This document shows positions 1-9,638 of a stretch of DNA of 36,122 bases, piece after piece. Below the pieces are notes generated by a model, which made no database searches, was not told the origin of the DNA, and worked only from the letters and a program-made list of their open reading frames with translations. Each line of letters starts with the position of its first letter. Within the stretch, counting starts at the first letter, position 1. The DNA lies in the NCBI GenBank assembly GCA_016839605.1, contig JAEOTX010000170.1, forward strand, positions 1-36,122. Direction: 5' to 3'. Origin of the DNA: Candidatus Thorarchaeota archaeon (GTDB taxonomy: Archaea; Asgardarchaeota; Thorarchaeia; Thorarchaeales; Thorarchaeaceae). The translations under genes and the position numbers were made by a program.

Positions 1-1037
1 ACACCGGCAGGCGTGATGAGTTTCACCTCGACATCACGACCTAGAAGAGATGCTCCTGCAAGCTCTGAGAGGCTTCTATCCAGTTCGTTGGGTGTCACAT
101 AGTACATTGTGCCTCCAGTAGCCTCAGGTAACAGACCCAGTGTCTTGAGTTCCATTGCTCCTCCAGATGCGATGCCTACAACATCAAGTGATGCACCTAT
201 CTTTCTGAACTCGTCTCCGAGATTCTCGTAAAACTTGGCCGCTGGAGTCACCTGGTACCCCTCAAGGGCGCCAATTCCCTCATTTGCTAGTCCATCCGTA
301 AGGAGGACAATTCGGCCAACCTCTCGGTGCTTAGCAATGGTATACGCCATTCCAACGGCGGGACCAAGTGCAGTTCCACCCTGGTCTCGCAGAGCAGCAA
401 CGTGGCGTTTCAGGTCTGATGACTTATCACCAACCTTCACCATCTTGATCTTGTCCAACAGGCGTTTTGTCGAGTTCTTGATATCATCAATATTCTGGAA
501 GGACTCTCTTGGGAGTTCGATAGCTTCTCCAGTCTCCAGGTTCCTGCAGACTACAGTACTCTCAAACTCAATTAGACCAAACATTGTGTCCGGAGTGTTG
601 GCTGCCAGACTGTCAATCGATGTGTTTAAGCTACGCTTGACAGCGGCTAAGTTCTCACCAGCCATGGATCCGGAAACATCTATCAGCGCTAAGAATGACC
701 GGCCGCCTGTCGAGATTGTTTCAGTACCGGTCTCTATCTCTTGTGGTGGCTTCACTACGAAGTCGGTATCATCGCCTGCGACGACAATCTCGCCTTCGAT
801 TACGTTCAGTGTACTACAGAATGGACAGACAAAGTGCTTTCCGACTTTGTCGTTCTCTTGTATCTGATCTACACTGAGAAGGAAGCCATTGCATTTGTGG
901 CAAGCAATTGGCTTACCAACAATCTTGGTAACGTCTCGTGCCAAGTCTCCAAATTCAACTCGCAGGACGTATGGGAGGTCTTTCATTACATCCTTTGATG
1001 AAGGAAAAGCCTCCGAAGTAGTTCTCAGCATAGGCAT
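1..1037 (-). CDS. Sec23/Sec24-like zinc finger + vWA domain protein (3' end runs off the window)
   Basis: Absent from the ORF track because there is no stop in the window. Manual translation from ATG 1037 gives MPMLRTTSEAF...KPIACHKCNGFLL...HFVCPFCSTLN (CxxC..CxxC Sec23/24-type Zn finger), then FLALIDVSGSM (MIDAS DxSxS), GGTALGPA and IVLLTDGLANEG. Confidence 0.8.
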   Translation of the reverse strand, partial: MPMLRTTSEAFPSSKDVMKDLPYVLRVEFGDLARDVTKIVGKPIACHKCNGFLLSVDQIQENDKVGKHFVCPFCSTLNVIEGEIVVAGDDTDFVVKPPQEIETGTETISTGGRSFLALIDVSGSMAGENLAAVKRSLNTSIDSLAANTPDTMFGLIEFESTVVCRNLETGEAIELPRESFQNIDDIKNSTKRLLDKIKMVKVGDKSSDLKRHVAALRDQGGTALGPAVGMAYTIAKHREVGRIVLLTDGLANEGIGALEGYQVTPAAKFYENLGDEFRKIGASLDVVGIASGGAMELKTLGLLPEATGGTMYYVTPNELDRSLSELAGASLLGRDVEVKLITPAG

Positions 1038-1147
1038 ATAATTCGACTCCAAAAGTCTTGGGGCTAGGTTCACATTTGCGGTATTAAACTCTTTTAGAAT
1101 TTCAAGCGCTTGCTTAGCACTTGGGAATGAAGTAAACCTTTAATGAT

Positions 1148-1939
1148 TTGAACCATTATAGAAGATTGAAAGTGGAATTGGGTGGAATTTTGGTGTCTGG
1201 TATAGATTCAGAGGCTTCGTATAGTACCCAAACCGCTGTGCAGTCCTATCTAACATTTACTTTCATGTACTGTCTGGCCATCGTTGCAGCAATCCTACTA
1301 GGTGCTCAGGGCGGATTGATTCCTGCAAGCTTCTACTGGTTCTGGATTACGAGCCCGATTATCTATCACGTGTCAAGCATTGCCCTCGGCATATTCATTT
1401 CATTCTTACCGTTGCTCATTGTATTCAATCTGAACTTCATGTGGTTTAGAGGAATTGTCAACAACAGACCTCCGTCACAAAGCATTATCGTTACAGGAAC
1501 AATATTTGGAACAGTCATCGCGTTGCCGTTGTTGATGATAATGGTATACCTTGTTATAGTTGCTCAAGAGGTGACTTGGGGCCTCTGGGAAGCAATTCCG
1601 TACTATCTGTCAATTCTTTGTGCTATTGTTCTAATCTACGTGCTTCTAATCTCTGTCCATTCGGTTGAAAACAAGAGGCGCCACCTTACTTCCAGTATTC
1701 TTAATCCTCGCTTATGGGCTGCATACTTTCTGGTTTTTCTGCTGCTACTACTGCCTGTTGCCGCCATCCTCCGACCCTTCTCCAGAGGATATTTTCATTA
1801 CATTCCGTTAGCTGATGTACCAGATCTTTTTCTGAGGGCATTCCTAGTAGCTCTAGTTTTACCAGCATTATCACTTGCATTCGTTTTCAATGTCAAGCCA
1901 AACTATAACAAGTCTGGAGCATCTGAATTCGAAACGTAG
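1148..1939 (+). CDS. Hypothetical multi-pass membrane protein (true start may be slightly downstream)
   Basis: Long ORF with about 7 hydrophobic segments and no recognisable motif. Confidence 0.65.
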   Translation: MNHYRRLKVELGGILVSGIDSEASYSTQTAVQSYLTFTFMYCLAIVAAILLGAQGGLIPASFYWFWITSPIIYHVSSIALGIFISFLPLLIVFNLNFMWFRGIVNNRPPSQSIIVTGTIFGTVIALPLLMIMVYLVIVAQEVTWGLWEAIPYYLSILCAIVLIYVLLISVHSVENKRRHLTSSILNPRLWAAYFLVFLLLLLPVAAILRPFSRGYFHYIPLADVPDLFLRAFLVALVLPALSLAFVFNVKPNYNKSGASEFET

Positions 1940-2220
1940 TGATAGATTTTTGGCTTTTGCCAGAAGCTAGTGAGGAGCTTGCAGAGTAGTATTTCCATTT
2001 TCACGTGTTTGTTCAACACATAGCCTTACAGATTCATAGCTACAGTCTTCAAGTGCTATCCAATCGTCTTGATTTCCTGCATTAGGCGTCTTTTTTGAAG
2101 TGCGTATTTAACCTAAGCTACGAAAATTATCCCCAAAGGAAATACTCCCATTTATAGCAGAAATGGTTTTTAGAAGAATAACAACACTGAGAGAGTCAGT
2201 GCCCACGGAGAGTAGTCAAA

Positions 2221-2583
2221 GTGGATGAAGCAAAGGTAAAACAAGTAATCGCCGATACAATGGCTGCTAATGAGAACTTAGAGGGCATAGTGGTATGCGA
2301 TGCAAAAGGGAAAGTGATATTCGGTCATACTATCAGTGGGGCCATCAAACATTCAGACGTCGCAAATCTTGCTGTCAAGATTGCTGGTAACTCCTCGCAG
2401 CTATCAAGCGGACTAGACAAAGGAGGACTGAAAGAGGTTTCAGTCGCGGCTGACCATGGCTTCATTGTGATTCTGGGCGATGTGAAGGTTGTTCTCGCTG
2501 GAATTGCTGGAGACGGTGCCCGCGAGTCCATGGGACTGCTGAGAATGGCTCTAAAGCGTGCCTTGATGACGATGGTGTCCTGA
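2221..2583 (+). CDS. Roadblock/LC7 (MglB/LAMTOR-like) domain protein
   Basis: 120 aa with Roadblock pattern: LEGIVVCDAKGKVI...GGLKEVSVAADHGFIVI...MGLLRMALKR. SD-like GGAG upstream of GTG. Confidence 0.8.
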   Translation: MDEAKVKQVIADTMAANENLEGIVVCDAKGKVIFGHTISGAIKHSDVANLAVKIAGNSSQLSSGLDKGGLKEVSVAADHGFIVILGDVKVVLAGIAGDGARESMGLLRMALKRALMTMVS

Positions 2584-2669
2584 ATTTCAATCCAATGTGC
2601 CGCAGAGTTACCTTTTTGAGTGGATATTTTGCTAATCGAAGATGCACTGGCATACCTGAATAAGGCCCA

Positions 2670-2689
2670 GGTAATACCTAGGTAGTACC
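2670..2689. promoter_or_regulatory. 20-bp near-perfect palindrome upstream of smc
   Basis: GGTAATACCTAGGTAGTACC, one mismatched pair, next to an AT-rich TATA-like CATATTTA. Confidence 0.4.
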
Positions 2690-2776
2690 AATCATATTTA
2701 GGGCCGTGCAATATCAAGGCTGTACAACAGACACGCCTATCACCTGAGAATCGTCTTTAGCCGGGAAGGGAGCGTC

Positions 2777-5700
2777 TTGGTCCACATAGAGAAGCTAGTA
2801 TGCAAGGGCTTCAAGTCATTTGGACGAGACAGCATCACCATCAGGCTCAACGAGGGCTTCACATGTATTGTTGGACCTAATGGGTCCGGCAAATCAAATG
2901 TCATCGATGCGGTGTTGTTTGTACTTGGACAGCTCAGTGCAAAGACACTTCGAGCAAACGTATTCTCAGACCTTCTTTATTCCCCACCAAAACCGGATAT
3001 GCCTCCAAAGGCCAAGACTGCCACCGTAGAGCTTCACTTTGATAACAAGGATAGGAAGCTGCAGGTAGAATCAGACAAAGTTGTGATTGAGAGAGAACTT
3101 GATGATTCCGGCAAGTCTACGTGTCGTATCAATGGCAAGGTAGTAACAAGAACTCAGGTCATTGAGGTCTTGGGGGCAATTGGTGTCGATCCCAACGGAT
3201 ACAATCTGGTCCTGCAAGGAGAAATAGCGCAAATTGTGAAGGTGAGCCCCACCGATAGACGCAAACTGATAGAAGAGATTGCAGGAATTTCTGCTTACGA
3301 TGAGCAAAAGGAACGTGCTCTCAAGAGACTGGCTGAGAGTGAAACAAATCTTGGAAAAGTGGAGATGCAGCTTCAGGAGCGAAGGCGCCAGCTGGAGAAG
3401 CTAGAGGAGGAGATGACTGACGCACTCAGACATCAGAATCTCCACAAGCAAATAGAACAGGTTAGAGTTGACAGTATCGCATGGCGGACCATCAAGGGTA
3501 AAAGCAGAATCGACACTATCCATGAAACTCTGGCTGAGAGAGTGGAGGAGGCAGAGAATCTCTCCAGAGAGCTTGTAGAAGTGGAGAAGGGTGTTAGCGA
3601 CACAGAAATTGAGATTGAGAGCATAGATGGAGAGATTGACCAGATAACCGGTGGAGACTCGGCTAGAGTTTCGGAGCAATACGGAGTTGTTTCAGCAGCG
3701 GTCGACCATGCCAAGGCAGACCTTGAACGAGTGCAGGGTGAGTACGACACAAATATGGAAGAGCGAAACTCGGTCGAGGTTGAGATTCAGTCAATCCAAG
3801 AACAAGTGAGTGGATCAAAGGGTCTCGTCAAGGAAAAAGATCAAGAATTAGCCAGGTTGGATGAGGAGATACAAAGCTGCTCCAACAAAATCAGCGGCCT
3901 AGAAGAGCGAATAGAGAAGGAGCAGGCAACGTCATTTGAGGTTACCCTTCGATTGCAAGATCTAAACAATCAAATGCGGGCACTCGATGAAGGTGTGTCT
4001 GAAGTTAGATCAACTATAAAGACGGACAATAAAGAACTTGGAATGACCTATGAGGAGCTCCGTGATTCGACTGAATTGATGGAGAAGACGGAGGAGGAAC
4101 TCACAGATCTCCGCAGAGTTATACCTGAAAGACGTGAGAGTCTTAAGCAGGCGGAAGAGCATGAAGAGAGTAAGAGGACCGAAGTAGAAAGAATAGAGAA
4201 CACGCTCAAAACTGCGGAGGCCGAGGTTCGAGAGTCAGCACAGATAGTTGAGAAGACGAAAGAAGAGCTAATTCGCGTACAGGCCAGACAGGATGCGCTG
4301 AGAGAGGCAGAAGAGGCGTTCCTAAAGAGACGACGTGCCATCCGCCGAATTCTAGAGTTGCGCGACTCGAAAACGGTGAAAGGCATCTATGGAACAGTGG
4401 CAGAACTGGGCACCATTGACCCTGAGTATGCATCAGCCATGGAAATCGCTGGAGGAAATAGGCTTACTCATATCGTTGTCGAAAATGACGACGTTGCCAC
4501 TAAATGTGTGAACATACTGAAGATTGAGAAGGTAGGTCGAGCTTCTTTCATCCCGCTCAATAGAATTAGCACAAAAAAGCCAGGAAAGATCCCACGGGAC
4601 AGGGGAGTCATAGGTCTGGCAATTGAACTGGTGAAATTCGATGAGAGAGTGCGTCCAGCATTCGAGTTCGTCTTTCAGGACACATTGGTCACAGAGGACT
4701 TTGAAACAGCAAAAGCAATGGGATTCAAAGGGCGTAGAGCCGTTTCACTTGAGGGCGACCTGGTTGAACGATCAGGTCTGATAACAGGTGGACACTATCA
4801 CAAACTCGCAGCCGGACTCTCCCTCCAAGTGGAAGACATAAGTCCAGAGATAGTCGAGCGTCTCAAGGGACTCAGTGAGATATTGTCTGGGCTGCGCAGT
4901 CAGCGAGATGATCTTCGAAAGCAGAAGAGTAAGCTGGACTTGGAGATTCAGGACCTGTCGAAGAACAACTATCGGGCAAAGCTTGAATTGGAGGGGCTTG
5001 AAGAGCGCATGGAAGAGAAAGAGAACAGGACAGCGCTTCTCAAGGATAAGATCAGCAAGGCACAAATCACAATAAAGGAGCTGGAAACTCAGATTTCCGA
5101 GCTTCAAGAACGGGACTCGGAGCTGTCAGAGCAGAGGGAGAGAGTCAGAGGACAGAGAGATGATGCCAATGAAACCCTAGCCACTTCTGACACCGCTAAG
5201 CTGACTCAATACTTGAAAGACCTCAAGGAAGTTCTGAATCATCACAATCAGGAACGCGAGGTTCTTACTAGTGAGATTACCGGCCTCAAAGTAGCCCTAG
5301 ATGAACGCCTCAAACCAAAGCTCTCTGAGCTAGATGTACGTCTGAAAGCAGTGCAAAAGGGCATTCCAACCCTTGAAGAGCGTGTAAATACGCTGCAATC
5401 TGATGTGACGGAAAAGGAGCAGGACTTCGAGAAACTAAAGGCTGAACGCGAAAAGATAGACGAGGCGGTGAAGGACAAGCGAGTACGTCAGCTTGAGTTG
5501 AAAGAGCATCTTCGAAACCTCAGATTCCGTCAAGAGGAAATTCGTGAGGAACAGACAGCAAATGAGAAAGCAGTATATAGGCTCCAGACTGAACAATCGC
5601 GCCTCGAAACCGATTTGGTTGGCCTAACTGCTGAACTGAATGAACTGGCAGATGCCAGTGAGGAGATGGCCAAAAGGTCGAAAGAACGGGAACTGACCTA

Positions 5701-6367
5701 CAAGGAGATTGATGCCTTCGATGACAAGGTAAAAGAATTCGAGAGAGAGCTCGATGTTCTTGGGCCTGTCAACTTGAAGGCCCTTACAGACTATGATATC
5801 GAGAAAGACCAGTACGAAGAGATTGTAGACAAGAAGACTCGGCTTGAAGAGGAGCATAAAGAGATTCTCACATTTATGGAAGAGATTGAGGCTGAGAAGA
5901 CCAGGAAGTTTCTGCAGGTGTACAATGATATTGCAGATAACTTTGCAAAGGTCTTTGCAAAGCTCTCGCCTGGTGGCGAAGCAACACTCATGCTTGAGAA
6001 TCCAGAACATCCCTTGATGGGAGGTATCACAGTTAGGTCCAAACCAAGAGGAAAAGAGCTTGTCACACTGGATGCAATGAGTGGCGGTGAAAAGACTATC
6101 ACTGGTCTTGCGCTCATATTTGCCATCCAGATGTTTAATCCAGCAAGCTTCTATGTATTCGATGAGATCGATGCTGCGTTAGATGACGTCAATGCCCATA
6201 ATGTAGCCCTTCTTATCGCAGAGATGGCAAAGTCTTCTCAGTTCATTGTTGTGTCATTAAGAACGACCACCGTTAGAAAAGCAGACCTTCTAGTTGGCGT
6301 TTCAAATCAGGACGGCATATCAAGAATCGTCAAACTCGACTTAGAGGAGGTGGCGGAAGTAGCATGA
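2777..6367 (+). CDS. smc: Chromosome segregation protein SMC
   Basis: Walker A GPNGSGKSN, Q-loop LVLQGE, coiled coils, hinge (GIYGTVAELG...GLITGG), signature MSGGE, Walker B/D-loop YVFDEIDAALD. Confidence 0.98.
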   Translation: MVHIEKLVCKGFKSFGRDSITIRLNEGFTCIVGPNGSGKSNVIDAVLFVLGQLSAKTLRANVFSDLLYSPPKPDMPPKAKTATVELHFDNKDRKLQVESDKVVIERELDDSGKSTCRINGKVVTRTQVIEVLGAIGVDPNGYNLVLQGEIAQIVKVSPTDRRKLIEEIAGISAYDEQKERALKRLAESETNLGKVEMQLQERRRQLEKLEEEMTDALRHQNLHKQIEQVRVDSIAWRTIKGKSRIDTIHETLAERVEEAENLSRELVEVEKGVSDTEIEIESIDGEIDQITGGDSARVSEQYGVVSAAVDHAKADLERVQGEYDTNMEERNSVEVEIQSIQEQVSGSKGLVKEKDQELARLDEEIQSCSNKISGLEERIEKEQATSFEVTLRLQDLNNQMRALDEGVSEVRSTIKTDNKELGMTYEELRDSTELMEKTEEELTDLRRVIPERRESLKQAEEHEESKRTEVERIENTLKTAEAEVRESAQIVEKTKEELIRVQARQDALREAEEAFLKRRRAIRRILELRDSKTVKGIYGTVAELGTIDPEYASAMEIAGGNRLTHIVVENDDVATKCVNILKIEKVGRASFIPLNRISTKKPGKIPRDRGVIGLAIELVKFDERVRPAFEFVFQDTLVTEDFETAKAMGFKGRRAVSLEGDLVERSGLITGGHYHKLAAGLSLQVEDISPEIVERLKGLSEILSGLRSQRDDLRKQKSKLDLEIQDLSKNNYRAKLELEGLEERMEEKENRTALLKDKISKAQITIKELETQISELQERDSELSEQRERVRGQRDDANETLATSDTAKLTQYLKDLKEVLNHHNQEREVLTSEITGLKVALDERLKPKLSELDVRLKAVQKGIPTLEERVNTLQSDVTEKEQDFEKLKAEREKIDEAVKDKRVRQLELKEHLRNLRFRQEEIREEQTANEKAVYRLQTEQSRLETDLVGLTAELNELADASEEMAKRSKERELTYKEIDAFDDKVKEFERELDVLGPVNLKALTDYDIEKDQYEEIVDKKTRLEEEHKEILTFMEEIEAEKTRKFLQVYNDIADNFAKVFAKLSPGGEATLMLENPEHPLMGGITVRSKPRGKELVTLDAMSGGEKTITGLALIFAIQMFNPASFYVFDEIDAALDDVNAHNVALLIAEMAKSSQFIVVSLRTTTVRKADLLVGVSNQDGISRIVKLDLEEVAEVA

Positions 6368-7080
6368 GTGATGAAGACAGCTCACCGTTCTGGGCTTCTC
6401 CGCCGTACATTCTCCTCACTGATGTACTTCAATTGGATAAGATTAAACCATGGAATGTTGATGTTGGCAAGCTTGTTGCTGGATTCATTCGTGAGATGAA
6501 GCGGCTTGGGGACATTGACTTCAGAATCTCTGGAAGTGCATTATATTCGGCTTCTGTCATCTTCATGAAGAAGACCCGTGAGCTTGTTGAGCTTGGAATT
6601 CTTCCTCCGGAATCAGTCGGTGACGATGATGAACTCGTTATTCCTCTAATTAGACCTCCATTCAGAGTAAGCAACCAACGGGTCACTCTTCAAGAATTGC
6701 TGATAGCGATGGATAGAATGCTCAGCAAAGATCCTCGTCCACGCCCTGTTCCTCGTAAGAAAAGGTATCGGCCCAGCATAGAACCTATGGATTTCAAAAT
6801 GGAAACAACACGGGCAGACGTGGAGGAGAACATAACTGAGGTCTACGATGACCTCTTGAAAATAATGGAGATTGGTGAAACGGCAAAGTTCGTTGATATT
6901 CTTATGAACAATACAAGAAGGGAGATTGTCCGTGTCTTCTTCGCCTTACTTCACCTCTATGGTCGTGCGTTCATTGACATCTGGATGGATGATGAGGATA
7001 TCATCTGGGTGAAGATGCTCACACCCCCGCCACCTTCGGAAGAGGAGGAAGAGATACATCCATCTATTGAAACGAAGTGA
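6364..7080 (+). CDS. scpA: Segregation/condensation protein A (kleisin)
   Basis: KPWNVDV...ALYSASVIFMKK N-terminal motif, C-terminal IVRVFFALLHL winged helix; overlaps the smc stop (ATGA). Confidence 0.9.
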   Translation: MSDEDSSPFWASPPYILLTDVLQLDKIKPWNVDVGKLVAGFIREMKRLGDIDFRISGSALYSASVIFMKKTRELVELGILPPESVGDDDELVIPLIRPPFRVSNQRVTLQELLIAMDRMLSKDPRPRPVPRKKRYRPSIEPMDFKMETTRADVEENITEVYDDLLKIMEIGETAKFVDILMNNTRREIVRVFFALLHLYGRAFIDIWMDDEDIIWVKMLTPPPPSEEEEEIHPSIETK

Positions 7081-7649
7081 TTTCCATGGATGATGACAAG
7101 GTGAAATTGGAAGCGGCTCTATATGTAGCAGGCAGGCCCATCTCAATAGAAGAACTGGCTGCTGTCATCGGGAAAGCTGAGTCTTCCACAAAACGGGTGC
7201 TGGAAGAGATTGGCCACGCGTACAACAAGCGAAAAGGAGCTCTTGAGGTTGTAGAGCTTCCTCGAGAGCGATGGGTGATGCAACTCAGACCCGAATTGAC
7301 CCCTCATGTTGCAAAGCTAATTCCAGGCGGACTCCTATCATTCGCCACACTTCAGACTCTGGTATATGTCGCCCTGAAGCAGCCCATCCTTCAATCAAAG
7401 CTTGTTTCTGAAAGGGGAACTCATTGCTATGACCATATCAAAGAACTGACTGAAAAGAAATTCATTGATGCCGTGCCTGAAGGGCGGAGTAAACTGCTAA
7501 AGACTACAACCCTCTTTGCTGATTACTTCGGTCTTGACCATGATCGAATCAAGCTCAAAGCGCAACTTCGTCATCAAATGAAGAAGATTCTACAGGATCA
7601 GCAAGAGCTTGAAGCCAGAGCGGACTTAGGATTTAATGCACGTACTTGA
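7077..7649 (+). CDS. scpB: SMC-Scp complex subunit ScpB (kite)
   Basis: LEAALYVAGRPIS, LQTLVYVALKQPI, TTTLFADYFGL motifs; overlaps the scpA stop. Confidence 0.93.
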   Translation: MISMDDDKVKLEAALYVAGRPISIEELAAVIGKAESSTKRVLEEIGHAYNKRKGALEVVELPRERWVMQLRPELTPHVAKLIPGGLLSFATLQTLVYVALKQPILQSKLVSERGTHCYDHIKELTEKKFIDAVPEGRSKLLKTTTLFADYFGLDHDRIKLKAQLRHQMKKILQDQQELEARADLGFNART

Positions 7650-7711
7650 GAATCATGCTATATCATTATGAAGCTAAAAACACCGCAGGTATTTCTACGG
7701 TATATTGGGGG

Positions 7712-7758
7712 TTAAAATGGAAAGCAGGGGGGACCGCTCAAAGTGAGTGATCCACCCT
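7712..7758 (-). terminator. Stem-loop plus T-rich tract downstream of the 7772-7861 microORF
   Basis: Minus strand AGGGTGGATCACTCA-CTT-TGAGCGGTCCCCCCT followed by GCTTTCCATTTTAA. Confidence 0.55.
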
Positions 7759-7771
7759 AGAGATGCTGTCC

Positions 7772-7861
7772 TTACCAGGGTTCTGGAGGAGGTGTAAAGG
7801 GATTATCGGTGGTCCAGGGCTCTGGTGGGGGTGTGAACGGATTGTCTTGGTGTATTGTCAT
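7772..7861 (-). CDS. Unannotated 29-aa tandem-core peptide MTIHQDNPFTPPPEPWTTDNPFTPPPEPW
   Basis: Two identical 11-aa units encoded with 6 synonymous and 0 non-synonymous differences. TAA follows the final Trp directly. An alternative in-frame GTG lies at 7921. Confidence 0.8.
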   Translation of the reverse strand: MTIHQDNPFTPPPEPWTTDNPFTPPPEPW

Positions 7862-8056
7862 TATAATCAAAATGACACTCTGGTTTCCATGGCAGAAATT
7901 CCTTCTACAGCTTCTGTACACTCAATATGTATTCCTTTGTCGAGTACTAGCTGATGCACATTCCGAAACCAGTACACAATGAATAGGACTTAAAATAGTG
8001 CAACAGCCATCCTGTTTTGGCAGTTCCACTCAGTCGAATTCCATTCAAGCATACTC

Positions 8057-9070
8057 TTAGCAAACTCGTGGAATTGGCTCTCCGTATGGGACCTGCACTA
8101 TCTTTTTCCCGCCAATCTCCGTCTTCATAACAACTCGAGGCGTGCCTTCAGTGACGCTTCCAATAATACGGCATTCATTTGTTGCCCTGTGTTTTCGCAG
8201 AGCTTCTAGAATGTCATCGGTATTGGAGGAGTCAACAGCCATAACCGCAGTCCCCTCACAGCTCATGTGTAGAGCATCGAGTCCAAGAATCTCGCACAAT
8301 GAAACAACTGCAGGTCGTACTGGAATATGACTTTCTTGAATCTCAAATTCCACTCCGGACTTGGATGCAACCTCATTCAATGCAACTGCTGTACCTCCAC
8401 GTGTGGGGTCCTTCATTGCATGCACCCCTCCCGTATCTAGGCAGGCACGGATTGGTTCCCAGAGTGGTGCAACATCACTGGTGAGGTCGGTGTCGAACTC
8501 AAGACCCTCTCTATGAGCAAGTAATGATGTTCCATGGTCACCTATTGGTCCCGTCACGATGATGTCATCACCGGGTTGTGCACCGCTGTCTGCTACTGGT
8601 TTATCTCCGTAGATAACACCAATGCCAGTGGTAGACATAACAAGACTGTCAAGTGTGCCTTTGGGCATGACCTTTGTGTCACCAGCAATCATCGCCACGC
8701 CAATTGGTTCAATCACATCGTTTAGCGACTTGAGGATACTCTGCAAGGTGTCAATCTCAAAGCCCTCTTCCACAATGACTGTGTTCGTCATAGCTACCGG
8801 TTGCGCACCCATAACTGCAAGGTCGTTCACTGTGCCACAAGCTGTTAGTGTTCCGATATTACCTCCAGGGAAGAACAATGGATGGACAGTATGAGCATCA
8901 GTACAGACAATGAACCTTGCGTCATTAAGTTGGAATGTGGCACCATCATCCATCTCATCGAGACCTATTGATCCGAGTTTCCTGTGACTGAATGAAGGAA
9001 TTATCACATCCTCTAGTAGGCGTTGCATCACCCTTCCGCCCGCGCCATGTGCGGTCTCTATTCGAGTCAT
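8057..9070 (-). CDS. hypE: Hydrogenase maturation carbamoyl dehydratase HypE
   Basis: AHGAGG, DAHTVHPLFFPGGNIG, GDTKV, MKDPTRGG and C-terminal PRVC. Start placed at ATG 9070 after GGAGG. Confidence 0.95.
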   Translation of the reverse strand: MTRIETAHGAGGRVMQRLLEDVIIPSFSHRKLGSIGLDEMDDGATFQLNDARFIVCTDAHTVHPLFFPGGNIGTLTACGTVNDLAVMGAQPVAMTNTVIVEEGFEIDTLQSILKSLNDVIEPIGVAMIAGDTKVMPKGTLDSLVMSTTGIGVIYGDKPVADSGAQPGDDIIVTGPIGDHGTSLLAHREGLEFDTDLTSDVAPLWEPIRACLDTGGVHAMKDPTRGGTAVALNEVASKSGVEFEIQESHIPVRPAVVSLCEILGLDALHMSCEGTAVMAVDSSNTDDILEALRKHRATNECRIIGSVTEGTPRVVMKTEIGGKKIVQVPYGEPIPRVC

Positions 9071-9220
9071 TCTTTTGCCTCCGCTCAGGTTATCATCGCC
9101 CATAGTCGTATTTGAACCGGACTGTTTGGACGGTCATTGGTCACTATAACTTGGCCAGTAAGTAAGACTTAAAACCACTCTGCAGTGAGCGACAGTGACC
9201 CAACTAAGAGGTAGTCAGAA

Positions 9221-9598
9221 ATGGGTGTCTGGCATAGACGATCAGGTCGCACAAAGACAGGTGCAAGGCTCAAGCGGTTCAGAGGGAAGAGAAAGCATCA
9301 GATGGGCCGCACTCCCACTGAAACAGTGATAGGAGATACCAAGAGGACGCTCATTGAGAGCAAGGGTATGAAGACCAAGAGCCCAGCTCTTAGAGTCACT
9401 ATGGTGAATATCACAGACCCGAAAAAGAAAGAGACCTATCGTGTAGAAATTCAGGATGTAGAGATGAACCCTGCCAGCATGGACTACCAACGCCGGAAGG
9501 TCATCACGAGAGGCACTATTATCAAGACTGAGAAGGGTCGCGCTAAAGTCACTAGCAGACCTGGACAGGATGGAATTCTTAACGCAGTCCTGATTTAA
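9221..9598 (+). CDS. rps8e: 30S ribosomal protein S8e
   Basis: MGVWHRRSGRTKTG...RKHQMGR...ITRGTIIKTEKGRAKVTSRPGQDGILNAVLI. Confidence 0.97.
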   Translation: MGVWHRRSGRTKTGARLKRFRGKRKHQMGRTPTETVIGDTKRTLIESKGMKTKSPALRVTMVNITDPKKKETYRVEIQDVEMNPASMDYQRRKVITRGTIIKTEKGRAKVTSRPGQDGILNAVLI

Positions 9599-9638
9599 CT
9601 GACGGCATTAGGCTGCAGCAGTTTTATCCAAGTCGAAT

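Noticed and set aside
235-998. Plus-strand ORFs of 210, 60 and 85 aa
   Set aside because: Antisense to the Sec23/24-like gene, which carries the real motifs.
2586-2594. TTTCAATCC matching the reverse complement of the CRISPR repeat end
   Set aside because: A single 9-nt match with no second repeat; expected by chance.
7763-7954. 63-aa plus-strand ORF with PG-x-W repeats
   Set aside because: It is the antisense shadow of the DNPFTPPPEPW peptide; the repeat differences are synonymous only on the minus strand.
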